Positions 41,301-56,878 of a stretch of 64,000 bases of DNA are shown in pieces (positions within the stretch are counted from its first letter, which is position 1; each line of letters begins with the position of its first letter). The notes under the pieces were generated by a model. It did no database searches. It was not told the DNA's origin and saw nothing but the letters and a program-made list of their open reading frames with translations. The stretch is taken from assembly GCF_009914755.1 (NCBI RefSeq), contig NC_060946.1. One strand, written 5' to 3'. The position numbers and the translations under genes are program-made. Source of the stretch: the human T2T-CHM13v2.0 reference genome, Homo sapiens.

Positions 41301-42329
41301 TATCAGGTTTTCTAGGTATTTCCTTTTATCATTCTCTTTCAATTCAAAGGCAATTCTAATCCCAGTAAATCCTAACCTTGGGAGTCAGTATTTTCAAAGC
41401 TAATTGTAACAAGCAAAATTCAGATCTATGATCTTTTATTGTCTTTAGTATCTTTTCCCTTTTGATGTCAGGAACAGAAAAAAAAAAAATCAAATTTTCA
41501 TGTTGTGCCAAAAATGAGTTCCCACTTGATCACTAGTGTTTTCTGTTTGACCCAACATATATTCCAATTTGATTTCTGGTCAAACTATTACCAGCTCAAT
41601 CACTAATTCTGCTGTCATTCCAGACTTGTTACTGTTATTTTACTTAATACTGAGGAGATACAAGAAGAATATTTATAAATTATGTGAAGGATATAAAGAA
41701 TAACAAAAACATATGCCATTAGAATTCTAGTTTTTCCTCCACCTCCTGCTCCCACCCCCAAATGTATTTTCCTACATGGGCTGAGCCCCTCCTTCACTAC
41801 TGTCCTTAAAGATCTGAATTTAAGTCCTAACTCTGCCACTTCATGACGCATATAATCTTCAATAAATCGCATCCCCTCTCTTAAGGCTATCTCCTACCTA
41901 TCAAATGAAAAGGCTGAACAACATGGTTACTAACGTTGTTTTCAGCTCCCTGTTTGATTTCAGCTAGGTTCAACACTTTTCATGTTAAATCCCCCTGACT
42001 CCTTATCTTTCTATTTTACACAATTCTAGTAGCCATTATCCCACCCCTGAATTTGCTATACCAAATCCTCCAACCAAAAACTCTGACCACCACCACCACC
42101 ACCCCCCCCTCTTAATTCTTCCCTCAGTCCTTCCTTCCTGTTCTCAACAAGTACCTCCAGTCACTGAGGAGAGATAATTACACTTGATCCTCCAAGATCT
42201 CCACCTCCCTCAACATCTAGATCCATCCTTTCACAAATATTTCCCTTGTGTATTCACAGCACAAGGGCTAAAAAGGAAAGCCCCCAAGAATTCAATCCAA
42301 CATTTTTATATATGAAACAAGCCACATTT

Positions 42330-43487
<1,158 letters not shown>

Positions 43488-43518
<31 letters not shown>

Positions 43519-43552
43519 GCACACACACACATATACATATGTGTATACGTAT
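43488..43552. repeat. (TA)n/(CA)n compound microsatellite
   Basis: About 14 TA units followed by CA units. Confidence 0.9.
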
Positions 43553-43859
43553 AAAATCCCCCTCAAAAAAAAAAAAAGCCCTGTCCCCCTTCCGTCACAG
43601 AGGAGTTAGCACAGCAGCCAAGGACACAGGTAGGTGAGCAGCTGAGGAATCAAGGATGCACAGGACAGCAGGCCCAGAGGCCAAAGATAAGAGTGGTTGG
43701 GGGTCAGGGGGCACTGGAAGACTACAGGTAAAGCTGGGAAACTCTAGGGAGATTAGGAAGCCACAAGGAAGAATGGGCCAAAGGAGCCCATTGACTGAGG
43801 ATTCCAGAACATGAGGAGTAGGGTACAGAGGTGGTGGAGTCAGCCATCGCGGTTGGAAA

Positions 43860-45470
43860 ACTGGCTACACTGAGCAAATAAGTAAACATATTGGGGATAA
43901 GGGGAGCCAAGTTTTTCCCTACTGGAGAATATATTTACAAATATGGAAAGAGGTTGGCTGCATTTAATGGAGTTATCAGTGTGAATTCATGATTTTATAA
44001 TATAAAATGCATTGTTTTATAATTTAAAATATGTAACACACACACAAACATCATGCATGTATATATACGTATATAGCACAAAGAGATATGGAAATATAGA
44101 TGTATATGTGGTATATATGTGTTTATGTACATATGTATGTACACATACACACAATTTCTAGCTGTTTGCTGAGACAGCCTAGAGGCAAGGACACTCTAGT
44201 AGCAATATGCATACCCACCACCCAGATGTTGGTTTCTAATTACTATCCTCCATTTAAAAGAACCAGAGCTTCTTGGAAATGGCTGATTCCAAGGCTTTGG
44301 TAGGAAAAGTACAAAATAAACTTGGAAAACCTTCTTGTGGCAGAAAATAAGGAAATGTCCCATGAATGATGGGGACAGGTCAAAAGGACAAAGAAACCAG
44401 CATAAAGCAGGTCCCACTGGCTAAACTTTCAAGCTCCCTCAAGCTTGAGGAGTATAATTATAGAAATGGACTACAGCCCACTGAATAAAATAGTAATCCA
44501 TGAGTCCATTTGATAGAAATAAACAAATGAAAAAGGGAAAGTCTTTGTAACAGAATGACATCTAACAAATACAGGCAGACACAGAAATAGAGGACTAGCA
44601 TTTGACAGAATAAAACTGGTTGGTTCAGGAAAGAGTAGTCAATAGCGCTAAGGAGGTTAGGTATATATCTGTTGAGGAACAGGATAGTAGTATAATTTCA
44701 GAATACCTTTCCACAAGACAATAATCAATTACAAAAGGAAAAATGATGAATCTGATGTGGAGAAACCTGGCAGACATCAGCTTAACCAGCTGTTCAAGGT
44801 TAACAATATTACTGACAGTGGGATGCGGGGGACAGCATTTGCCTCCAGATATGATGCAATGAGAAGAGCATAGCATCATTGCAGTGGTATTCCTGCCGAA
44901 AATGATATTACTGCTGTCATGAAGAAACAGATGGACCCAGATCTAGACTCTTCAAAATGTCAAGGACATGAAAGAAAGGTAAAGACTGAGAAACTGTTCC
45001 AGGCTGAAGAGGTCTGAGGCGACATGCAACTAAATGCAACGCATATTCCTAGACAAGATACCGGACCAAAAAGGAAAAAGACATTGCTGGGACAGCTGGC
45101 AAAATGTTAACGAAGTCTGTGGATGGATGGTCGCGTTGTACTAATATTGATTTCCTGATTTGGAGATCTCTGCCAGTTATATAGGAAAGTCCTATTTCGG
45201 GGAATACACATTGAAGTGTTTGGGAGTGAAGGAATATCACATCTGCAGCTTGCTCTCAAAAAAAGCTCAGAAAAGGCACAATGAAAAAGGGTATGTATGT
45301 ACACAAACCCCACACACAAACACACAGAGTGAGCAATGAAGCAGATGCAGTGAAATATTAACAACTGGGGAATCCGAGTGAAGAAAATCCAGGAGTTTGG
45401 GGTGTTTTGTGGGTTGTTAGCTGCTCTGGTAACTTTTCTGTAATGTGAAATTATTTCAAAATAAAGAATC
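43860..45470 (+). mobile_element. L1MC/L1MD-like long 3' UTR fragment
   Basis: GAGCAAATAAGTAAA...GGAAATGGCTGATTCCAAGGC...GGAGAAACCTGGCAGACA...TGAAATTATTTCAAAATAAA. Confidence 0.75.
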
Positions 45471-47113
45471 AATGGAGAAAAAATAATAGCCACTAACAGG
45501 AATTTAAGAGTACAATGTCTTTGATTCTCACAACGAAAGCTGATCCTAAAGCTCAGAAAGGTTAAAACGTGGTTCAACAAGTGTCAGTGCCATACTAACT
45601 CAGTCTGTCAAACTCTGGAGCCTTTAATCTACTACACCATGCTACCTCATTCGACAAATAGGTAACCATCACGTAACGAAGTATGTGCCAATATCTTTAC
45701 TTATCATTGAGGATGGAAAATCAATCAGACCATCCCTGCCCTCAAGGAATTCAGGCTAACAGAGATAGCCTTTACTTATAAACTAGTAAAGGGTTACTGG
45801 CGCTATGGTTTGCCTTTACTTGTACAGGGAATGTTGGGCCTTTACTCCACCACAAATTCATTATGACCTATTAAAAGATAACATTTGAGATGTATAAAAA
45901 AAATAGACCAAAGGCCACAACGGAATATACTTAGGTCATGTAGGTAAAAGATCCTATGTGATCAACACACACACATCTCTCCAAGGCTTGAACACCCATA
46001 AATAGGAAAAAGAATGGGGGGAATCTATATGAGTATATTTGGGGATCTCCAACTATTCCTTCCCTTAGGTTTTCATCCTCAGAGATGTTCCATGTTTTGT
46101 TTAAAGAGATCATTTTCTAAGAAGTAGTGGTTGTGGTGAGATTAGAACTATTTGGCCCAATTACTAAACTGGATAATTGCCAAAAGTTCTACCCTGGTTT
46201 TCTAATGGTTTTCTACTCAAAGCAAAGGAGTAACTCTTGTGTATGAAAGAGAACAGAAGTTAAATATCTACCAAAGCACAAAGCATCAGGTTTACTTTCA
46301 AAGCCAAATTTATCCCCAAAGTAACCAGGCTTTACCATCAATTAGGTGAAAATTAAGCGGTTTTCTTCTGGTTATAAATCAATTGGGGCGGGGGTGGGGG
46401 GTGCTATGTCTCTTGGTATTGCCCTGAGTTTTGCAAGCAGCTTGCATACAGACCATACACCATTTACAAGACAAAAAAGAGGAAGACCCAATAGTAAATA
46501 TGACAATCTCTGCCCTCAGAGAACTTACAGTTTAGCAGGTGGGACAGACAAATTAAAAGAAAGGACATCTTCCAGACTGGAATGGGATCGGGCTCAGGAA
46601 AGGCTTCCTTGAAAACAAAATACCATTTGGCTGAGATCTAAGGAGCAACCTGACTTTGCACGCTTATGTATTTATGTTATGTGTTTTACTTTATGGAGAA
46701 TTTTCTGAGTAGAGAGGTAAAAAGAGATACAAGAAAAATGGTAAAAAAGCACAGAGGAGAAAAAGATAGCAAGTGATTCCATTCTGTTGGGACATAAATA
46801 CTAAGAAAGAAGCCTTTGAAAGGCTTTTAGTAGTGGAATAATAAATTTTTAATCACCAAAACAACGTTATGGTAGTAATTATTATCTTCATTTTACTAAT
46901 GAAAAAACTGAGGCTTGAGAAAAGTTAGGTAGATTGAGCAAGGTCCCACAACAAAAAATATGCAGAGCAACTGTAAAGCCCATCCTCTTTCTGTTCTATT
47001 TCCCTCAGAGTTATACACAGAATGTAGCCAGTTCCTTGGATTTCACAGACAAATCACCTTTTCCCTAGATACTCAGCCCTTGGTATTTAATGCTTTCAAA
47101 AATCCAAACATTC

Positions 47114-47424
<311 letters not shown>

Positions 47425-48149
47425 TTAAAAATATAAGCATTCACCAAAGTTAATTTTAGCTTCATTTGGAGGTCAATCCCTTAGGAAAATTGAATATAAC
47501 CATTTTTATGGTTTTACTGGTTTTCACCAATGTGAATTTGCACACACAAAATTAGTCATTTTCCCCTTATGTTTGAGGCCCCAAAAGATCAAGGCAGCAG
47601 TAAGAAGACAGCCCACACAGAATTCACTGTATACCCTGTAACGCACAACACATCAGCATCTATTTTATCCAGCAGCAGGAAGACTTATAAGTCAGGACCC
47701 CACAATTATCCCTGTAGAGAGGCACACCAAAGGGAATGTAGGCATAACAGCTACAATAATGGTAACACAAATAGCCATCTGTACTTACAGCCAATCATGC
47801 CAAGGGCTTTTAAACACCCACATCCCTACTGCCTCCCTCTCTCTCCATGCAGGTGGGCAAATTCCTTTCCATTCTTCTCCAACCCACATAATTCCAGGGG
47901 AATAGATAATCTGATGCTAGGAGCAAGAAGCAAAGAAAGCTGCTATACTTTTGAACACAAAAGACCGAAAAGGAAGAGTCCTAATTCCCCCACCCTGTGT
48001 TCTACCCATTAAACCAGTATTTCTCTATTCTTTCTACTGTTTAAAACACAGAAGGATAGCTCCTGTTACATCCCCCAGGTTCCTTTCCCTGACTTCCACC
48101 GGTCCCAGCTAGTTTAGACCCTCCTCCCCCCATCTCCCCATTTACTCAA

Positions 48150-48320
48150 TTCTCTTAATGCACTTACCACATTATAGGTCTTGTTGGTACCAGTCTCCCT
48201 ACTACACTGGGAGCCCCTGAGGTCATGGACTGTCTCTCTCTCTCTGCCTCCCTCCACATCCTCAACAGCCAGCATGGTACAGGGCATACGGGCGCTAAAT
48301 AAACATTTGCTGGGGTGATT
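48150..48320 (+). mobile_element. L2 3' end
   Basis: CTACACTGGGAGCCCCTGAGG...AATAAACATTTGCTG. Confidence 0.6.
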
Positions 48321-49899
48321 ACAAGAACTGCAGAATGAACAGGGAAGTGGGTAGGAGAAAAGGAAATGGTTGGACGGTAATTTGAGGTCTGAGGGTCCAG
48401 GATATCTGAATAGAAACCATGCTACAGTCCCTACAATGGAACATGTTGAGTGCAACAGTTATATAAGAAAAATCATTCTTTAATAGTCTCTGATAGAGTG
48501 TTTTAGAACAAAAGCTGTTTTAACTCTAACAAGCTAAGGGTATCGTTTAAAAAAAAAAAAAACCACTAATCCTATTTATTAGTGTTATGTCCCAAAAGCA
48601 AAACAGCAACAAGAGAGTGTGGCCTACAAAACTACCACAGCCCTACCATTGAGCTCCAGCTCCCAAACACAAATAGCTTTTCAGGACTCCTCTTTCTTTG
48701 ACAGCTGTTTCACCCACCCTCTCCCCTTAGCCTCTTCCCTTCCTCCCCTACAAGGCAGCAAAGCAAACAATGACTGCACTACAAAATCCAAGAATCATCA
48801 GAAAAACAAATCTCCCCAGTTCTCCTAAGTTTATCCTGAGGGCTGCTGGCAAGATAAGCAATTTTTTCCTCATTATGGTAGACTTCACCTGGGTGATGAA
48901 TGTAGCTATCAACTTTTCAACAAGGTGCTGGAAATAGTAGATCTCAAAACCATACCTTAGTAGTGCACCTGCCCAATCTGCCCTCAGCTCTGCAACCAGG
49001 AGGCTTTTACCAGCTCTACTTTAGCTCTAATCCACCAGCTACTACCCGCCCCCTACCAGGGGCATCTGCTCTTGAACCTTCCTTATTAACTATAGTTGTC
49101 AAAATCAAACAGAACCTGATAGAAAAGTAAGACAGGAAAGGGATATAGTAAGTTTCTAAGATTGTCTCAGTTTAGACCCCTTGGCCATTTTTTTACCTGG
49201 ATTTTTTTTTCTATTGAAGAAAACTATAATAATTACTTTTAGGAGATGCTGATTCTTATTAGATTTTACTTTGAATCACTGTGGTAAGATGTTAGAGCTA
49301 AAAGCAATCTCAGAAATAACATCATATCACCACATTTTGCAAATGGAGAATGACCCAGAGATGTTAATAACTGCTTAACTACGGCTACACAAAAAAATTT
49401 CCTAGATCATCAAATCCTGGATGGCAAGACCTGTATCTAATTTGTCTCCAGTGTCCAACAGTGTTCGGCACTTGATAAATGGTTGGTTAACTGAACTAAA
49501 TGAACACAACTAATTAGTGGGAATCTAGAACTATGACCCATGACCATTTTACTTCAAGTACAATGTTTTCTCATTACATGTGACTAGAAAGCTAGAGTCG
49601 ATGAATAATTTGGAATCCAAGCTCTCTTCCTCCTCAACGACCAGGCACACTCTGTTTATCTCTGACACCATCTGTAAGATTTCCAATCTCTGTATGTTCA
49701 ACTGCTCTAAAAATCATACATTTCTAAACTGATTCCCTAAAATAGCTCTCCTCTTCCACTCAGATAATTTTTTTAATAATTCTCTTCAATTACCTAATCT
49801 TCTTAATGACTGACCTCTTGGGGATCCCTCCTTATACCTCAACAACTTACAACAAGCTTCAAAAATCTGTCTCCTTCCCTTGTTTGTGTCCCCCTAGGC

Positions 49900-50088
49900 C
49901 AATGGTTCTCAACCTTACTGCATACTAGCATCATCTGAAGATGTTTAAAAAAACAAACCTGATTCCTGGGTCCTGCCCCCAGAGTTCCTGATTTAATTGG
50001 TCTGGGTAGGGTATGGCCTAAGCACTGAAATGTTTAAAAGCTTCCCAGGTGATTCTAACGCACAGTTGGCTAATATTGAGAACCTCTG
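49900..50088. mobile_element. MER5A/MER5A1 hAT MITE
   Basis: TIRs CAATGGTTCTCAA...TTGAGAACCTCTG; 8-bp TSD CCCTAGGC/CCCTATGC. Confidence 0.85.
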
Positions 50089-50627
50089 CCCTATGCCCTC
50101 AGAAACTCACCACTTAGTCCATTATATACTCTAAAAATAACTACATACTGCCAGTTGTTCTGGACTTGCAAAATATTAGACTGCTTTGCACAAGGCAGAG
50201 TGTGTTGCTAGACTGAAGGCACATTGGAACCATACCCTTGTTTCACATCTGTTATATAATAAAACTGTGGTAAATATGTTGGTAAAGGTCTATAAATCAT
50301 TAATGATAATGAATGCCCAGCATCTGGCTAAAAGACTTACAGAGGGGAAAAAGCTATACTGAAGTTGGCTCAGAAACACATTTAGTTTCTCAATTTTTTT
50401 TTAACCAAAGATCTAGAGTCCTTCAAATCCAGATGGTCTTTCTGTATCAAAAATAGCTTTTTGTGGCACATGAACAAACCCAGCCCGAAAGAAGCACAAG
50501 AATATACTATGTATTTTCATGTCTCCATGACTCTGCTCACCCCAGTATCTATGTCTGGAACACCCTTACCCAGTCTGCATAGAAAATTCCTATTCATCTT
50601 TCAAAGCTGAGTTCAAATGCCTCCTTT

Positions 50628-50830
50628 AGTCATTCATTCAACAAATACCGAGAATTCACTAAGTGACAGGCAATGGAGATACAACATTAAATGAGACACA
50701 GTCACTGGCTTCACAGTGCTTACACTCAAGTACTTGGGAAGACAGCCAGTAAACAAGGAGACAAATTTTTAAAATTCCAGATGATGCGAAGAAAAGATGA
50801 CAACATAATGTGACACAGTAATGGTGGATG
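50628..50830 (-). mobile_element. L2 3' end
   Basis: TCATTCATTCAACAAATA...GGCAATGGAGATACA. Confidence 0.65.
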
Positions 50831-51116
50831 GTGGCTGTTCCAAAGTAGACTCATTTGGTCCCTCAAGACCAAATCAAGAAAGGAGACTTTATCACATTCC
50901 TTTTCACACTCTCAGAATTGACTCTTGCTACAGACACAATGAATATTTTGAATGAACAACAAAAAAAGAGTAAGAAAGGCAAAAGTAAAATACTAGTAGA
51001 AATAATCGTAATCAACTAAAAGTCAAGAGACACAAACCCTAAGTTGTTCCAACTACCTACTAGGTTTTCAGCAAATCTCTTCCTCTCTTCTGTAAAATGG
51101 GTAGACTGGATTAGAC

Positions 51117-51405
51117 CGGGATTGTAACACTCACCAGAGGTAAAGAGTGAAGTGCACAGGTAGAGACTGTGCAATACTGAAGCAAACGGGTCATTCCAAA
51201 AGAGAACAGCCACTATTTAGCTCCTGCAGATTGTCAGATGTAGGAATGTGGGCCCCGTGCTGCCAAGTGAAGCCACAAATCTGGGTTTCATGTGAGCTTT
51301 CCCAATGTTTAAATGTTAAATCCAAAGGCCTTTAAAATACTGTGTTATCCAAACAAAATCCCATGTGTGGGAGCCACACCAAAGGCCTATAGTTTGCAAC
51401 CTCTT
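51117..51405 (-). mobile_element. MER102-like hAT MITE inserted in a MIR
   Basis: Ends ...CCAAACAAAA...AGTTTGCAACCTCT; flanks GATTAGAC/GACTAGAT resemble an 8-bp TSD. Confidence 0.7.
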
Positions 51406-51560
51406 GACTAGATAATCTTTAAGTCCTCCCTAATTCTAACAGTCTATGGCTCTAAATGAAATATCTTCTCAAAGAAAAACAGTTAAAGAGGAGACAACGG
51501 GGTCAAAGAATAGAAAGAGAAAAGGACAGTCTCCTTCACAAGTGTTCCAATCAGATCACA

Positions 51561-51633
51561 GAAGGTGGGAGGATCACTGGAGCCCAGAAGTTCAAGGCCA
51601 GCCTGGGCAACAAAGCAGGAAAGACTCCATCTC
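51561..51633 (+). mobile_element. Alu left-arm fragment
   Basis: GGTGGGAGGATCACTGGAGCCCAGAAGTTCAAGGCCAGCCTGGGCAAC. Confidence 0.85.
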
Positions 51634-51655
51634 TAGATAGATAGATAGATAGATG

Positions 51656-51705
<50 letters not shown>
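51634..51705. repeat. (TAGA)5 TGGA (TAGA)12 tetranucleotide STR
   Basis: Read directly from the sequence. Confidence 0.97.
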
Positions 51706-54656
51706 GTCTTCCTCATAATTCCTCAGGCAGCAAACCCTTGTTGCTCAGAAAGAAAATGCAAAATGCAGCCTGGATAATGAAAAGACCAATTCTAACCTCT
51801 CCCTCAGATTATAAAAGCAGCCAGTCCGCTATATTTTTAGTAATCTTGGGCTGAACTGTTGTGCTTCTGCCCACACGAGCTTAATAAATACCACTATTAT
51901 AGGCAATCAGGTATGCTTAAATAGAGGCACAACCCATGTGCACACACAGACACAGACACCCCACATAGCACAAAGCAAGGAAATCAATTATGCTGAAGAC
52001 TGGCAAGATGCCCCAAAGACACAGCAGGAATTTGATATGAACAGCAGGATGAGGAAGGAGAATGAATAATTCAGACTCCCTGATTCACTTAACAAAGTCC
52101 TGTCAAGCACAAACTGAGACCCATGGTTTGTGGGCTGAGCTCCCTGGGCTAAAAGGCAACACAAGCTCACTGTCTGAATGGAAAGCTCACTGTGCCTGCT
52201 GTGGAGGTGGGAGAAGGAAGAAATGAAAAACGTGCACCTCAAAAAGAAGTCAAGTTATTTTTCTGAGAGCCAGTTCATCATAAAAGACCAAACTTGAAAG
52301 CAGACAATGTTTTCATACTGTCCTTAGCAAAGGAAAAAGAACATGCATATTTTATTTATGCCCACCCCCTTTAAGAAGGCCTCCACTGGATTAACAAGCC
52401 CAAAGTAAATGAGATAATGGAAAAGGCAAAAGAAAGAAGTATCAGCCAGAATAGCTAAATGTATAGACGTATTCCCAATCCTTACCCTTTCACCCCAGTG
52501 TTTAAGAAAGTTATCAACATTAACTATCTTCAAGCTAGCAATGATGACTGTGGACTTATGGACTATTCATCAACTGCTTCACCTAAGTTCCTCATGATTT
52601 TTAGACACCAGCCAATTCTGAAAACAGATCCAGATCTATACCAAGCATTACTCAGTCACCATAAACTCTTACTTCACTGGAAAATAGAGTTTTGTATAAA
52701 GATCTCTTTTTTTTTTTTTTAAGACTGTTACATAAATGACCTAGGGAAGAAAAAGAAAGGTAAACAGTCCAAACTGTTTTCATGTATCTTTATGATAGGT
52801 TTGGTGTTTTATCTTCCATTTTTGTTTTTTAGTGACAAGAATAAAATATTTGTAATCATACAGCATTTAAATCTCTCAAAGCCACAATACTCGCTGATGC
52901 AAATATTTCAGTCTTACATTTGTAAAATATTACTTGTAAACAACATACCAAGAATGCATTAACTTCTGAATGCCACAATACTAAAATTGTGTTTGTAGAA
53001 AAACCAAGGGATAAGAACAAATTTAGGCTGTTCTTTACAATTCCTTCAGAATTCCTTCTAAAAACAGTGACCAAGTTCTAAATATTATACTATTCTGAGT
53101 TGCAGAAAACAGATTTCAGAAAGCAATTACTACCACAAACAAATGCACTTAGCATGAGCTCATACATTTAAAAACCATTTTAAAAATTAATCTGATTCCT
53201 CAAAGTTATCAAAAGCAACTAACAACTTTTCAAAATTCAAATGGCTGAACAGGAGATGTTTCAGTCCTAAAAGCAAAAAATAAATAGCACTAAAATTGAA
53301 TAGTAATTAAATAACCTGCTCCTTCTACTGATAATAAGCAAATTTTCCTATTTACATCAGGTCAGCCTCTAGGGAATTAATCTGTCAGCCTGTCATAAAG
53401 AAGCGTGTGATACAACAGCAGTGACTCAAACCAGAGAACCCATGAGAGGAGGCAGCAATCACACCAGATGGAACTTTCTGCTCACATTCTATGTCACAGA
53501 TCAGGATCTAAGGGTTCATAAGGCAAGCTCCCAATGGTCACAGATGGGGGCCCCCAACTGCCAAATGCTTACTGACTGGTGCATCTAAAAATGAGATAAT
53601 ACAAAGTCTGATATGCCTTTTCTTTTGTCAAAGAACAATAAAGCCACTGTTGATCAACTTTAGCAAGTTGGAAAATGGATGACAAACTTCCCGGAAGAAG
53701 AATAAAACTTATTCTGTAAATTATTTGGTGAGGTTGGGGCAACAGTATTTTTCTTAAAGCTCCCCAGAGGATGCTAACAGGCAGCCAAGATTAAGAAACA
53801 CTGGTCTAATTAAGCCTTGAAACAAACTAACTAGAGCTACTTAACCAGTGAAAGCCAGAGGTAAAACCCTAAAGGGGGGCCACCTTGGCCTTTGAACATG
53901 ACTTTGTTTGAAATGATTATCTCTAGCAAAAGAACCGCACAGCGATCATTCACCCTGCAAATCTAGGATCTATATTCCATACAGATAAGGTTCTTTCAGT
54001 TCTAAAATCCTATAATCCATACAACCATTAAATGGCAATAAATACTAAGCTTACTATAAATCACGTACTGTGCTACATACTGGGAATTTAAAAAGAAAAA
54101 ATAAAGATTAAAACAGAGTCCCTACCCTCGAAGAGCTTACAGTTTGGCAGGAGCTCAAAGGAAATAGGCTCTTACAATACAGTGAAATAAATCCTAAATA
54201 GGGAAAAGTACAAGGTGCTATGAAAGCAGTCAAGAGAGTTCCTAACCCTATCTTAGAAATTCAGTAAAAGATTCCCAAAGGTTTATTAAGACCAATAAAC
54301 CGAGATCTCAAAGGTAAGGGTTAGTGCCATAAAGGGTAGAAGGAGACATGTTATAGAGGGAATGAAGTGAAGCTGCATGGTATATGCATGAGCGGGTCAA
54401 GGGGTGGGAGATGAGGTAGGAGCCAGATCACCAAAGTCTTTTAGTGGGACTAAAGGACAGTGAGATGATCAGAGTTGTTTCAGAAGGATCACTCTGAAAA
54501 AAATTACTGCAACGCAATGATGTGGGATGGGAGGGACGAAATTAAAGACAGAAGGACCATTTAAGAGGCTATAACAGTAGCTTCAGCAGCTGGGTAAATG
54601 GTGGCACTGGTTGCTGAGTTACACAAGGACAGAATTTTGCAGAAATTCCAGATAAG

Positions 54657-54783
54657 GGCTGGGCATAGTGGCTCATGCCTGTAATCCCAGCATCTTGGGA
54701 GACCGAGGCGGGCAGATCACCTGACGTTATGAGTTCAAGACCAGCCTTGCCAACATGGCAAAACTCCATCTCTTCTTAAAAAG
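54657..54783 (+). mobile_element. Alu (S-like) solo left arm with TSD
   Basis: Left monomer only; CAGATAAGG on both flanks. Confidence 0.9.
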
Positions 54784-55548
54784 AGCAGATAAGGAGGAAT
54801 CAGTTTTAGATGTTGTGTTTGCAGTTAACTATGGGGTATCCAAGCACAGATGCACACTGAGCAGGTGGATACAGACATCCTAAGTGCAGGAAAGAGATCT
54901 AGGCTACAGACAGCAATTTGGAAGTTGTCAGCATATAGATGATAAATAAAGCCTTAGCAATAGATGAGCTTGCCCAAGGAGAAATATATATAACTTAAAA
55001 GAATTAAAAAGAAAAAGACCTAGAATAGAATCATTTCAAGCACCAATTTTTAAGTGGTGGGCTGAGGAAGGGATAACAAAAATGCACTGGCAGACAGAGG
55101 GAGAAATTCTAAAAAGCATGGTACAAGAGAAGCCAGGGGAAGAGCGGCATTCCAAGGACAAAGATGACACAAAGGAATATTCATTGGATGTAGTCGCAAG
55201 GGGGTTAATGGTGATTTTGGAGAAAAGAGTTTCAATGTTGTGGTTAAAGAGAAAACCAGAACTGCAATGGGCTCAAAGGGCACAGACAACTATTTTAAGA
55301 AGGTGGCTTGTAGAAGGGAGGAGAGTGAAAAGCAGATGGAGGGTAAAGATAACTAAATGTGCTAGATTTTATTTATTTATTTTGTTTAAAGTTGATGAAA
55401 AAAAGATATAGAAGGGCAGATTTAAAATCTTGGGAAAAATCCAAGTAGAACTCACTACAGAAAGGACGAAAAGTGGCACTCAAATTTGGTGGCACGAAGG
55501 TAAAGGAGCTCCAATCTGAGGGTTTCTATAAATTAAGAGGCAAGATTA

Positions 55549-55967
<419 letters not shown>

Positions 55968-56726
55968 CTACCAGGCAGGAGTCAAGGGTCTAGGAAAGGT
56001 TGGATATTAGGAAGGCAGAGAGCTGTACTGAGTTTTGCCAGGTAGGAAAAATACAATGAAAAATGAAAATAAAGAGAGGATATTGGCCAAAGAGCTGTTT
56101 AAGAGAAGGACGACAAAGTCGAAACAAGACAGGGAAGGGAGCAAAGACAGGGGAGTTAACAAAAAGGGAGAGAATACAGAGAGGGCCAATGCACTGGCTT
56201 TCTCAATGACATTGGAGAAAAGAGGCAGTGGGGGTAATTAAATGAGAGAACTGAAGAGTCTTAATGAGAAAATGAGACGCTTGTCTTTAAATTTTCAGAA
56301 ATTAAGCAGTTCTAAATTGACTAACCCCAAAATGTGGCCTTAGAATAGTTGGTGAAAGAGAAGAAAGGCAATGAAACAGATTAATTAGAGAACCAGACAT
56401 AAGACTAGCTAAGGTGCTGGATCAGTCTTCCACACAGACACTGGAGTCTCTTAAGACAATAGCAATACTTAAGGTAAGAAGAAAGCCCACAATCCAAGAG
56501 CTACAAGTTTTTGTTCATTTTTTAAATGAGGGAGGGACAAAACAATAAATGACAGTACTGCATAAGGGAAAAGGTTAGACTAGCCAGATTACACGAGCTT
56601 TTAAGGAACAGGGAATTTCACCCAAGGGTATAGGATTTTATGTAAGCATTGGAGAGGGGAGAGAGAGAACAACAGAATACTAATCTCTGTAATACAGGAG
56701 AACAAGGAACACCGAAACACCCACTA

Positions 56727-56878
56727 AGCCAAGCATGGTGTTGCACACCTGTAGTCCCAGCTGCTTGGGAGGCTGAGGCAGGGGGATCACTTGAGCTTGG
56801 GAGTTTGAGACCAGCCTGGGCAACACAGAGAGACCCCATCTCTAAATTTTAAAAATTACAAAAACAAAAAACAAAAAA
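56727..56878 (+). mobile_element. FLAM-like Alu monomer
   Basis: AGCCAAGCATGGTGTTGCACACCTGTAGTCCCAGC...GACCAGCCTGGGCAACAC; CACCCACTA on both flanks. Confidence 0.88.

Noticed and set aside
45107-45580. 157-aa minus-strand ORF
   Set aside because: Largely antisense to an L1 3' UTR relic.
47569-48012. 147-aa plus-strand ORF in unique sequence
   Set aside because: No recognisable homology or promoter; length compatible with chance in 64 kb. Ribo-seq or PhyloCSF would be needed to revive it.
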